Position numbers and translations under genes: made by a program | Source of the DNA: an uncultured Planctomycetaceae bacterium | GTDB taxonomy: Bacteria > Planctomycetota > Phycisphaerae > SM23-33 | Direction: 5' to 3' | NCBI GenBank assembly: GCA_964497475.1 | Contig: CAZCDM010000002.1 | Coordinates: 1 to 38,236, forward strand | Length of the DNA stretch: 38,236 nucleotides | The notes under the pieces: model-generated | What the model was told of the DNA's origin: nothing | What the model saw: only the letters and a program-made list of their open reading frames with translations | Databases searched by the model: none | Part shown: positions 7,399-17,600 of the stretch, piece after piece | Numbering within the stretch: position 1 is the first letter of the stretch | Layout: the number at the start of each line of letters is the position of its first letter

Positions 7399-8798
7399 TC
7401 CAGCGGGCCTCCCATCGACGTGGCATGGTGCTGCTGGTGGCGCTGCTGATTGTGGCGCTGGCGTCGGCCACGGTCGGCGCGCTGGTGTTCCGCACCTCGG
7501 CCGAGTATAAATCCGTAGCCGCCGCGCATGAAGTCGACCAGGCCACCCGCGCCGCGCGCAGCGGCATCGATGCGGCCATGGCGATGATCGCCTCGCGACC
7601 CGACGACCCGCAGTTGCTGCTGGACAACCCTGCCGCGTTCGAGCATCGGCTCGTGACTGGCGAGGGCGAGGAGGGCTGGTACTTCACGGTCTTCGCGCCG
7701 CCACGCGATGGCCAGGCCGAGCCGCGCTACGGGCTCATCGACCAGGGCGGCCTGCTGAACCTCAACGTCGCCACCGCCGAGATGCTCATCGAACTGCCCG
7801 AGATGGACGCCCAACGCGTCGACAGCCTGCTGGACTGGCGCGATCCGAACCACGATGCCCGTCCCGACGGCGCGGAAGAAGAGCACTACGCACTGCTCCG
7901 GCCGATTCCGTACCGCGCGAAAAACAATCCGATCTTCACGCTCGACGAGCTGCTGTTTGTCCGCGGCTTCGATGCGACGGTGCTTTACGGAGAGGACGCC
8001 AATCGCAACGGCCTGCTCGACGAGGCCGAGGACGACGGCGAGACGAGCTTCCCGCCCGACGACGCCAACGGCGAGCTCCGCATGGGCTTATCTGCCTGCG
8101 TCACGCCCTTCAGCTACGAGTACGATGTGGACTCATCCGGCCAGCCCCGGACCAACCTCAACACAGCCCGGTCGATCAGTGGCCAGTCGCTGCCGGCCGG
8201 GCTGGATGACTTCCGCCGCGCGATGCAGGACGAGGGCGTGACCTTCACGCACCCGGCCCAGTTGCTGGAGATGACCTGGGTCCTCCAGGCCGATCATACC
8301 GACATCAATCCGCAGTGGACGCCGGGGACGATTGTTCGTTCTGGCGTGGGTGCTGCCGAGCTGCCGGCCGTGCTGGATCGGCTGACGTGCGAGCAATCGG
8401 GCGGGCCGCGCGGGGCACTGCTGGTCGGGCGGGTGAACGTTCAGACGGCCCCGGCGAAGGTTCTTGCAGCCTTGCCCGGCATGGACGACAATTTAGCTCG
8501 ACGGATCGTTGCCGAGCGGGATTCGCTCTCGGCCGAGCAACGACAAAACATAGCCTGGCTGTTCATGCAGGGCCTGGTCGACGCCGAGACGTTCCGCGCC
8601 ATCGCGCCGATGCTGACCGCCCGCGGGCTGCAGTACCGCGTCCGGTCGGTCGGGTACTGCCCGGCCCGGGGCGTGTACCGCGTGCTCGAGGCAGTGATCG
8701 ACGCGGCCCGCGAGCGCCCCCGGCTGCTGTACCTGCGGGACATCACGCCGCTGGGGCTGCCGATTGACCCGGCCGGACAGCAGGCAGGAGAACGGTAA
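7395..8798 (+). CDS. gspK: Minor pseudopilin, GspK-like
   Basis: ATGA overlap with gspJ. The hydrophobic N-terminus RRG/MVLLVALLIVALASA lacks Glu+5, as is typical for GspK. Motifs GLIDQGGLLNLNVATAEMLIELPEM and GRVNVQTAPAKVLAALPGMDDNLARRIVAER are helix-hairpin-helix-type GspK motifs. Confidence 0.75.
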   Translation: MIQRASHRRGMVLLVALLIVALASATVGALVFRTSAEYKSVAAAHEVDQATRAARSGIDAAMAMIASRPDDPQLLLDNPAAFEHRLVTGEGEEGWYFTVFAPPRDGQAEPRYGLIDQGGLLNLNVATAEMLIELPEMDAQRVDSLLDWRDPNHDARPDGAEEEHYALLRPIPYRAKNNPIFTLDELLFVRGFDATVLYGEDANRNGLLDEAEDDGETSFPPDDANGELRMGLSACVTPFSYEYDVDSSGQPRTNLNTARSISGQSLPAGLDDFRRAMQDEGVTFTHPAQLLEMTWVLQADHTDINPQWTPGTIVRSGVGAAELPAVLDRLTCEQSGGPRGALLVGRVNVQTAPAKVLAALPGMDDNLARRIVAERDSLSAEQRQNIAWLFMQGLVDAETFRAIAPMLTARGLQYRVRSVGYCPARGVYRVLEAVIDAARERPRLLYLRDITPLGLPIDPAGQQAGER

Positions 8799-10381
8799 TG
8801 AAATTCCGACGACAACGCGATCCGGCCTCGTCGGCCCCGCGGAAGTTCCTGGCCGTCGACTTCGACAGCCAGGCCATTCGCGCCATCCTTGTGACGTCCA
8901 TTGCCGGCAAGGCCCGGCTGAAGTCGTGTCACACCGCGCTGCTGGGCTCGCCCGACGAACCGCCCACGCCGGAGATCATCGGCCAGGCGCTGCGGGAACT
9001 CATCGAGGCCGAAGCTCTGCCCGACGTGCCGCTGGTGATGTCCGTGCCGCGGGGCAAGGCCATCCTCAAGCCGCTGCGTCTCCCGCCCGGCACGGCTCCG
9101 GAGGAAATCGCCGCCATGGTCCAGTTCCAGGTCCAGGGCGAGATTCCCTTCCCGCCCGATGAGACGGTCCTGGATCACACCGTCGAGGGGCCGGTCGAAG
9201 ACGCCACCGGCCAGATCGGCGTGGACGTACTGGCCGCGGCCGTGCGAAGCGACGTGCTGGAGGAGTATCGCCGGATCGCCGAGGCCGCCGGTCGACGCCT
9301 CCAGCGGCTGGGCCTGCGCCCCTACGCCAACGTCCGTTGCATCGAGGCCGAGCAGGCCAACGACCCCGCCCAGACCACGGCGCTGATCTACCTCACCGCC
9401 GACGAGACGGAGATCGACGTGCTCGAGGGCGAGCACCTGGCCTTTTGTCGCTCGGCGGTGATCGATCTCACCCAGGACGACCCGGCCCGGGCCATCGTCG
9501 CCGAAGTCGAGCGGACGCTGCAAGGCTACTCCGCCCAGCACGACGGGCGCCGGCCGGACCGGCTGCTCGTGGCTGGCGATACGGGCATGGAGGCCGATGT
9601 GGTTTCCACGCTGCGGACCGGGGGCCTGGCCGTCGAGTTCTTCACGCCCGAGTTGAGTGATGGCGTCGAAGCCGAGTCGGCTTCGGGGTTCCTCTCCGCG
9701 GCGGGCTTGGCACGCGGAGCCCGCGGGCCGGGCAAGACACCCTTCGATTTTCTCTCGCCGAAAAAGCCTCCGCAACATCGCAACCCGCAGCAGGACCGCA
9801 CCGCCGCCATCGCGGCGGCCGTCATCGGTGCGGTCCTGCTGCTTGCCGTCGGCGGGTGGTGGTATCTTGGCACCCTCCGCGACGAGGTCGAGTTCCAGCT
9901 CCGTAAGAAGAAGGACCTCGCCAGGAAGGTCGAGAAGACCGAGGCCCTGATCAAGCGAGTCGATCCGATCATCGAATGGGTCGACGAGTCGGTCGGCTGG
10001 CTGGATCACCTGCGGAACCTCACGGTGATCCTGCCCGACGCGCGGGATGTGTACATCGATCAGTGGCGGACGGGCAAGGACTTCGTCCAGTTCACCGCCC
10101 GCGCGCGGGACAGCGTCGTGGTCGATCGGCTCGTCAAGGATCTCCAGGAAGCCGGCTACGCGCCCAAGACCAACAAAGATGGCCTGGAAGAAGACAACCC
10201 CTTCGGCTATGTGCGTCACACCGAGATCAGCGTCTTCGTGCCGACCGAGTGGCCCGAAGACCTCATGGTTCGTCAGCCCCCGCCGCGCCCGGCCGATGAC
10301 GATCTCGACTGGTCGCTCGACGAGGCCCGCCACGAACTCCGCCGCGCCCGCCAGCAGGAACAGCAGAGGGACGAACAATGA
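8798..10381 (+). CDS. gspL: Assembly-platform protein: PilM/GspL-like cytoplasmic actin-fold domain fused to a transmembrane helix and a PilN-like periplasmic region
   Basis: TAATG overlap with gspK. The N-terminus KFLAVDFDSQAIRAILV resembles the PilM/GspL phosphate-1 strand. A single TM segment follows (AAIAAAVIGAVLLLAVGGWWYLG). After it come a coiled segment (EVEFQLRKKKDLARKVEKTEALIKRV) and a periplasmic domain. Confidence 0.65.
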   Translation: MKFRRQRDPASSAPRKFLAVDFDSQAIRAILVTSIAGKARLKSCHTALLGSPDEPPTPEIIGQALRELIEAEALPDVPLVMSVPRGKAILKPLRLPPGTAPEEIAAMVQFQVQGEIPFPPDETVLDHTVEGPVEDATGQIGVDVLAAAVRSDVLEEYRRIAEAAGRRLQRLGLRPYANVRCIEAEQANDPAQTTALIYLTADETEIDVLEGEHLAFCRSAVIDLTQDDPARAIVAEVERTLQGYSAQHDGRRPDRLLVAGDTGMEADVVSTLRTGGLAVEFFTPELSDGVEAESASGFLSAAGLARGARGPGKTPFDFLSPKKPPQHRNPQQDRTAAIAAAVIGAVLLLAVGGWWYLGTLRDEVEFQLRKKKDLARKVEKTEALIKRVDPIIEWVDESVGWLDHLRNLTVILPDARDVYIDQWRTGKDFVQFTARARDSVVVDRLVKDLQEAGYAPKTNKDGLEEDNPFGYVRHTEISVFVPTEWPEDLMVRQPPPRPADDDLDWSLDEARHELRRARQQEQQRDEQ

Positions 10382-11439
10382 AGCCCGACCGCAAACTTCT
10401 GCTCCGCGTGGCCGGCGTCCTGGCGGCGCTGGTGGTGGCCTACTTCTTTGTGGACTACTTCCTGCTTGCCCCGGCCGGGGCCTACCGCGAGCGGGCCGAC
10501 CGCCTGCGTCGGGAAAATCGTCAGTGCGAGTACTTTCTTACGAAGGAGGGCACGTATCGCCGCCGGCTCAAGGACATCGCCGGGCGAACCTTCGGCACGG
10601 ATCCCCTGGCCGTTCGCGAAGCCATCCGTGTCCGCATCGACAAGATGGTCTCCGCCAGCGGCATGCGACGCGGCACGACGGCCAGTTCGCCCGTGGTCGG
10701 CCGACACAAGAAAGACAGCTACCAGGAGATCGGCTGGAAGTACGACCTCATCGGCAAGTTGCCCCAGGCCATCGACATGCTCTACCTGCTCCGCGAGGAC
10801 CCGTACCTGCATCGCATTGAAGGCCTGACCCTCACGCCCACCGGCGAGAGCAATGAGGTCAAGCTCGACTTCCGCTATATGACCCTCGTGCTGGAACCCC
10901 GCAAGGGGGAGACGCTGCCCACCGGCGACCCGGAAACCCCCAAGCCCATCGCCGAACTCGGCGAGCCGCGCAATCGATACGACCCCATCGCCCGGCGGAA
11001 CATCTTCCGGCCGTACATCCGCAAGCGGGCCGAACAACCCCTTGCCAGCCAGCCCGCCGACCCGTCCGGCGAGCCGCCCGTCGCAGATTCCGGCCAGGGC
11101 GGACGCTTCCGCGTCGTGAGCCTCAGTCGGTTCGGAACCCGGCAGGATATTTCAGTTCGAGACTCGCAGACCGGGGAGGTTCAGATGTATAATCCTGGGG
11201 ATGCCTTGGGTGGTGGCACGATCGTGATGGTCGACCAGCGCAGCATGCCCGACCCCGGCAAGCCGGAACTGCTTTCGCCCAGCCGACTGATCATTCGCAT
11301 CGGCCAGCAGTACTTCGCCGTCGAACTCGGTCAGACGCTGGACGAGAAGAACCGCCTCGCCCCGGATCAGCTGCCCGCGTCGTTCCGTCCCGCCGGCGCC
11401 CGGAACAATATTCCCTCGCCCGATGGTGCGGCAGGGTAA
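10378..11439 (+). CDS. Bitopic assembly-platform protein: GspM/PilO-like N-terminal half, Pro-rich linker, GspC-HR/PilP-like C-terminal beta domain (tentative)
   Basis: ATGA overlap with the preceding gene. TM helix LLLRVAGVLAALVVAYFFVDYFLLAP, then a linker QPLASQPADPSGEPPVADSG. The C-terminus FRVVSLSRFGTRQDISVRDSQTGEVQMYNPGDALGGGTIVMVD...LIIRIGQQYFAVELGQTL resembles the secretin-N0-binding HR/PilP fold pattern. Confidence 0.5.
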   Translation: MKPDRKLLLRVAGVLAALVVAYFFVDYFLLAPAGAYRERADRLRRENRQCEYFLTKEGTYRRRLKDIAGRTFGTDPLAVREAIRVRIDKMVSASGMRRGTTASSPVVGRHKKDSYQEIGWKYDLIGKLPQAIDMLYLLREDPYLHRIEGLTLTPTGESNEVKLDFRYMTLVLEPRKGETLPTGDPETPKPIAELGEPRNRYDPIARRNIFRPYIRKRAEQPLASQPADPSGEPPVADSGQGGRFRVVSLSRFGTRQDISVRDSQTGEVQMYNPGDALGGGTIVMVDQRSMPDPGKPELLSPSRLIIRIGQQYFAVELGQTLDEKNRLAPDQLPASFRPAGARNNIPSPDGAAG

Positions 11440-11483
11440 CGAAGACCTGGCATGTGTGCCGTAGCCAGGCAAAGGAGATTGAC

Positions 11484-11672
11484 ATGCAAGGAACGCGAAC
11501 CGTCATCTGCAGCGTGGTGCTTGTACTGGCCTCGCTCGTCCAGGCCGAGTCGGCCTCTCAGCCCGCCGCAACGCAGCCGGCCTCGGCGCCCGCGGCCCAG
11601 CCCGCCTCACAGCCGAAACCCGCGCCAACCCCGGCCGCTGCCGCTCCGGCATCCAAGCCGCAGCCCGAGCCG
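11484..11672 (+). other. Secretin signal peptide (11484-11546) plus low-complexity Pro/Ala/Gln linker (11547-11672)
   Basis: Signal peptide MQGTRTVICSVVLVLASLVQA / ES. Linker ASQPAATQPASAPAAQPASQPKPAPTPAAAAPASKPQPEP. Confidence 0.7.
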
Positions 11673-14600
11673 ACCTTCGTCTTCCAGTTCGCCGGCGCGC
11701 CCTACACCGATGTCGTCCGCCGCTTCGCCCAGGCGCTCGGCAAGCCGCTCATCGGCGACCTCAACATCGAAGGCGAACTCCACTTCACCGACGAGAAGGC
11801 CTACACCGCCAGCCAAGCCCAGGATGTGCTGAACCTGCTGCTGGCCATGCGCGGCTATGTGCTGCGACCGCAAGGCCGATTCCTCCGCCTCATGCCCCTG
11901 GCCGACGTGCCCGGCGATACCCGCATCCTCCGAGGCCTCGCCGAAGCCCAGAGCGAAGACGTCTCCCCTGGTGAAATCGTCACCATGGTCCTGCCGCTGA
12001 AATTCCTCGACCCCGACGAAGCCTCCAAGAGTGTCATTCGGCTGGTCTCGCCGTTCGGTTCGATCTCGCCGCTGCCCGGCTCGCGGGCGATGGCGATCAC
12101 CGACCGGCTCGACAACATCCGGCGCATCGACGCGATGCTACAGATCATCGATACGCGCACCGTCGTCGACAAGGAACTCAAGACCGTCTCTCTCACCCAC
12201 GCCTCGGCCCAGACCGCCGCAGGGCTGGTCAACAGCATGTTTGGCGCGCAGCAGCAGGGCAACCTCGTCTACGACCCCAAGCAGAAGAAGATGGTCCCCC
12301 GGCAGGTCGACGCCCGGGAGATCGTCACCACCAGCTTCGACGACCGCACCAATGTTGTCGTCCTGCTCGGCACGCCGGAGCGGCTGGCCATGGCCGAGGA
12401 AATGCTCCGCACCCTCGACCAGGCCAAGACTCCCTCGCAGTTCGAGACGCGCATCTTCCAGCTCGGCCAGGCCCAGGCCGCCGACCTCGCCCGCACCATC
12501 GGCCAGCTCCTGCCGCCTCCGCCCAAAGGCCAGCAACCCCCGCGCCTGGCTCCCCAGGCCAACACCAACCGCCTCGTCGTCTCCGCCCCGGCCGAGCAGC
12601 TCACGCAGATCGCCTCGCTCATCGCCGAGCTGGACACCGCCTCGAAGCAGACTGAAGGCCTGAAGATTGTCGAACTCAAGCACGCCGACGCGAACCACCT
12701 CGCCCACCCGCTGCACCGCTCGCTGGCTCGCCGCGACGAGCGAGGCCGTCTGCACTACCCCGTCCACGTCCATGTCATTCCTGGCACGAACCAGTTGATC
12801 CTCACCGGCCCGCAGGCTGAACTCAACGCCGCCATGGACCTGCTCGCTCGCCTCGACACCGAAGCCGTCGCCGAAGCACGCGAGGTCCATGTCATCCAGC
12901 TCGCCTCGGGCGATGCCTACCACGTCGCCCGTTCGCTGTCTCGCATCTTCAACACCCCCGGCCAGACGGCCCGCCTCGTCGTCGAGGCCGAACGCGACAC
13001 CAACAGCCTGATGATCTCCGCCTCGCCGGACGACTGGCCCGAGATACGCAAGACCCTCGACGACCTCCAGCAGACCGCCACGGAAATCAAAACGCCCGTG
13101 ACGCGCATCGTCCCGCTCGCCCACGTCAAGGCGGGCGCTCTGGCCCGCACGCTCCAGCGGGCCGTGGCCAGCCGGCACTGGGGGCGTCGCGGTGCGGGCA
13201 CGGTACCAATCTTCATCCACGCCACGCCCGGCGATGACGCGCTTCTGATCACCGCCGCACCGAGCGAGCAGCAGCAGGTCGCCGCGCTGATCGAAACCCT
13301 CGACAAGCCAACTGAAAACATCGAGCCGATGACGATGGTCTCACTGACCAGCGCCAAGGCCGACGAACTCGCCAACCGGCTTCGCTCGCTGCTGCCCGAA
13401 GCCCACGGCCGCGATGCCACCGTCTTCATCCAGGCCGACCCCGCCACCAACACCGTCCTGCTGCGGGCCCCCCAGGCTCGCCGCCAGGCCATCACCGACC
13501 TCATCGACAAGCTCGACAAGGCCACGCTCGAAACCGCCCGCGAGACACGCATGGTCCAACTGACCAATACCTCCGCGGCCGCGCTGGCTCAGACGCTCCA
13601 GCAGCTCTACCCTCGGCCCGGCCGGGGCGTGGCGCCCATCGAAGCCGTCATCATCACCGCCGCCCCCAGCGACCAGTCGCTGCTCATCGAGGCCGCCCGC
13701 TCCCGCGTCGATGAGGTCGTCCAGCTCGCCGAGACCCTCGACGCCAAAGACAAGACCCAGCCCATCGAGGTCCGCATCTACCAGGTCGACGAAGGCTCGG
13801 CCGACGATGTCGCCCGGACGCTGGGCAACCTCTTCGCTCGACAGAATCGTCGGCGGCACTCCGTCGCAGCCGGCGAGCCCGCCCCGCGCTTCGAGTTCAA
13901 CCAGGCCACCAGCCAGGTGCTCGTCGCAGCCACGCCCGATCAGTTCGAACGCATCGATAAGCTCATGCAGAAAATCCAGTCCGCCGGCCGCTTGGCCCAG
14001 CAGACCCGCACCTTCCAGTTGCAGTACGCCCAGGCCGACGAACTCGTCCGCCTGCTGCAGACCGTCCTGCCCGACCAGACCACCGGGCGCCGGCGAGGCC
14101 GACAGGGCAATGCCCTTCGCGTAGCGGCCATGCCCACGGCCAATGCCGTCGTCGTCCAGGCCCAGCCGGATAAGCTCGCCCTCGCCGAGCAGATCATCAC
14201 CACCTTCGACACCAAGGCCGCCAGCGAGCGGACCACCATCCGCGTGGTCCAGCTGAAAAAGGCCCAGGCCGAAACCCTCGCCCGATCCGTCGGGCAGACG
14301 CTCGAAACGCGCGGGGCCGATGGCGTGGCCGTCACCGCCGAGACCAACTCCAACAGCGTGCTCGTCCGAGGCCCGGCCGAGCGCGTCGACGAGGTCCTGG
14401 CGATGATCCGCAAGCTCGACGCCGACAGCACCTCCGAGGATGTGCAGGTTTATGTCTACCCGCTGAAGAACGCCAACGCCAAGCAGCTCGCGGGCAATCT
14501 CGAGCAGATGTTCCGCGCCCTGCTTCGCCAGCTCGGCCGGCGCGGCGAGAGCGTTTTCTCCGTCGCCGCCAACGACCGCACCAACAGCCTGCTCATCGCC

Positions 14601-17600
14601 ACCAAGCCCGCCTCCTATGCCATGGTCGAGAAGATGCTCCGCGACCTCGATCAGACCGACCAGGCCGCCCGCGATGTCGAGTACATCGTCCTCCGCAGTG
14701 CCGATGTCTCCGAGGTCAGCCGGCAGCTGTATGACATGTTCCGCGATCGGCCCTGGAACGATCGGCCGGTCGTTCAGATGGACCGCGAGTCCAACGCCCT
14801 GACGCTCATCGGCACGGAGACCGACCTGGCCACGATGGCCAAGGTCGTCACCAAGCTCGACACCGCCGCCGCCCGGGCCGCCGTTCGCGTCCGCGTCGTG
14901 CCGCTTGATGACGTCGACGCCAAGAAGATGGCCGAGATGATCCGCCGGCTCTACGCGCAGATGACCGACAGCCCCATCGTCGTCGCCGAGAACCTCACCG
15001 CCGCTCAGACCCAGCCGGCCACCCAGCCGACGGCCCAGCCGGCGATTACCATCGCCTACGACACCACCGCCAACACGCTGCTGCTGTCCGGCCCGAAGCG
15101 TGACCTCGACGAAATCGAATCGCTCGTCTCGCAGCTGTCGTGGGGTACGAACATCGCCGAGGCCGAGTACCGCGTATTCACCGTCGCCAAGGCCAGTCCC
15201 GTCGAGGTCGCCCGCACGCTCGATGAACTCTTCAACCCGCAGGACGGCAATCGTCGCCGCCGGGCCGAGCCCAACATCGTCGCCGTGCCCGAGACGCGCA
15301 CTCGCAGCGTCATCGTCAAGGCCAAGCCCACCGACTTCGCCGCCATCGAACCGCTCATCGCGAAGATCGATTCCGCCGGCGGTGACGAGACCTACTTTGT
15401 AAAGGTCTACGCGCTGAGCAACGCCCGTGCCCCCCAGGCCGCCGCCGCACTGCAGCAAACCTTCCTTGCCGAGCCCGGCCGTCACGGCCGGGGCCAGGCC
15501 GACACGCCCACCGTCCGCATCAGCCCCGAACCCAGCAGCAACACGCTGGTCGTCCGGGCCGACAAGGCCGACCACGCCAAGATCGCAGACCTCATCAAGG
15601 AGATCGACATCTCCAGCGTCGCCGAGCTGCCCGTGCGGATGATTCCGCTCCGCCATGCCGACCCGGCCCCGCTCGCGGCCATGCTCAACCGCCTCTACGC
15701 GCCGCGGAACCGGCGGCAGGGCAGCGAGGTCCGCATCGAAGCCGACGCCGACGCCCGCACGCTCATGATCCGTGCCGACGATGAATCCTTCGAGAAGATC
15801 CGCAAGCTCGCGACCACGCTCGACGCCAGCAGTACCGTCGGCCAGGCCAACCAGACGCTGCTGCGTCTCGAGCACGCCCAGGCCGACACCGTCGCTGCCT
15901 CGCTCCAGCAGGCGTTCCTGCCCCGGCGGGGCCAGCGCATCACCGCCGAGGACCTCGTGACCGTCGTGGCCGAGCCGGCCAGCAACAGTCTCATCGTCAC
16001 GGCCAACGAGCCGAACCTCAAGAAGGTCCGCGCCCTGGTCGACCAGCTCGACACCGAAGAGGCCGGCACCGTGAAGACCGAGTTCTTCCTGCTGACCAAC
16101 GCCCAGGCGACGGACCTGGCCGCCGTGCTTCAGCGAGTTACCGGCGCGACCGGTCGCCGAGGTCGCGGCCAGGCCGGGCCCGAGCTGCGCATCTCCGCCG
16201 AGCCGGCCAGCAATGCCCTGGTTCTTTCCGGCCCGGCCAGCCAGGTCTCCGAAATGATGCAGATGGCCATCCAGCTCGACCAGGCCGCCCAGGCCACTAC
16301 GCCCGGCGTCTACATCATCCCGCTGGACAGCGGCGACGCCGAGTCGATGGTCGCCATGATCCGCGACCTGCACAACCAGCAGCGGGCCGCGGCCCGGCGG
16401 ACGAAGAACGACGTCGAGCCCCTGGCCGTCTCGGCCGACGCCCGGGCCAATGCGATCGTCCTGGCCTCCAGCAAAGACATGTACGAGCAGGTCCAGCAGT
16501 GGGTCCGCCATCTGGAACAGATGAAGCCCCGCCGCGGCGAGGTCCGCGTGATTCCGCTCGAGCATGCCGACCCGGCCGAGGTCCAAAAGGCCATCGATCA
16601 GCTCAACGGCCAGGCTGCCCCGGCCGCCCGGCCAGGCCGACGCGCCCAGGCAGGCAGCTCTCCGTTCGAGGTGACCGTCCTGCCCAGGCAGCAGGCGATC
16701 ATGGTCACCGGCAGCGACGCCGACTTCCAGGCCATCCAGAAGCTCATCGAAACCCTCGAAGCCTCGGCCCGCAAGACCCAGCGCACCAGCCGCATTATCG
16801 TACTCAAGCACGCCAACCCCCAGCGGGTCGTCCAGGCGCTGGCGCCGGTGCTGCGAACCACCCGCTACAGCCAGGGCCAGCAGCCGCCGAGCATCTCCGC
16901 GATGGCCGATTCCAACGCCGTTGTCGTCGCAGCCACCAAGGAGCAGATGGACGAAGTCGGCAAGCTAATCCAGCAGCTCGACTCGCCCGAGGTCGCCCAG
17001 GACCTGACCTTCCGCGTGTTCACCCTGACCAACGCCCAGCCGACGAAAATCGTCCCCACCCTCCAGCGGATGCTGCGGCAGCTCCAGCGGGCCCATCCTG
17101 GTACGCAGATCGACGTCCAGGCCGACGAGCGAACCCGCGCGCTGATCATCACCGCCAAGGAAGGCCTCTTCGATCAGATTGCCCGGCTGGTCGAGACGCT
17201 GGACAAGGCCCCCGCCTACGCCCAGGCCGACGTGCTCATCATCCCGCTCCGCCGGGCCGACGCGACGCAACTGGCCCGCGTGCTGCAGGACATGCTCCGC
17301 CCGGACGGCAATCAGATCACCGCCGAGGCCCGCGCCCTCCAGGAGCAGGTCCGCCTGCTGCAGGTTCGCAGCACGATGAAGGAAACCCTCCCGCCGCTGG
17401 ACTTGACCAAGCCAATCAAGATCGACGCCGACCCCGCCCGTCCCCAGGGAACCAACTCGCTGATTCTCTCGTCCACGCCAAAGAACCTCGACGCCCTGGC
17501 CGCCATCGTCGACGTGCTCGACACCGTGCCCCTCACCGCCGGTGTGAAGGTCAAGCTCATCCATCTGACCAATGCCGACGCCGTCAGCGTGCGGGACATC

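Noticed and set aside
11446-11469. A 6-bp hairpin (cctggc...gccagg, 12-nt loop) just upstream of the secretin RBS, and a 5-bp hairpin at 22362..22378 between the lipoprotein gene and proB.
   Set aside because: The stems are too short, there is no U-tract, and such pairings are easily found by chance in GC-rich DNA. I cannot support a terminator or attenuator call for either.
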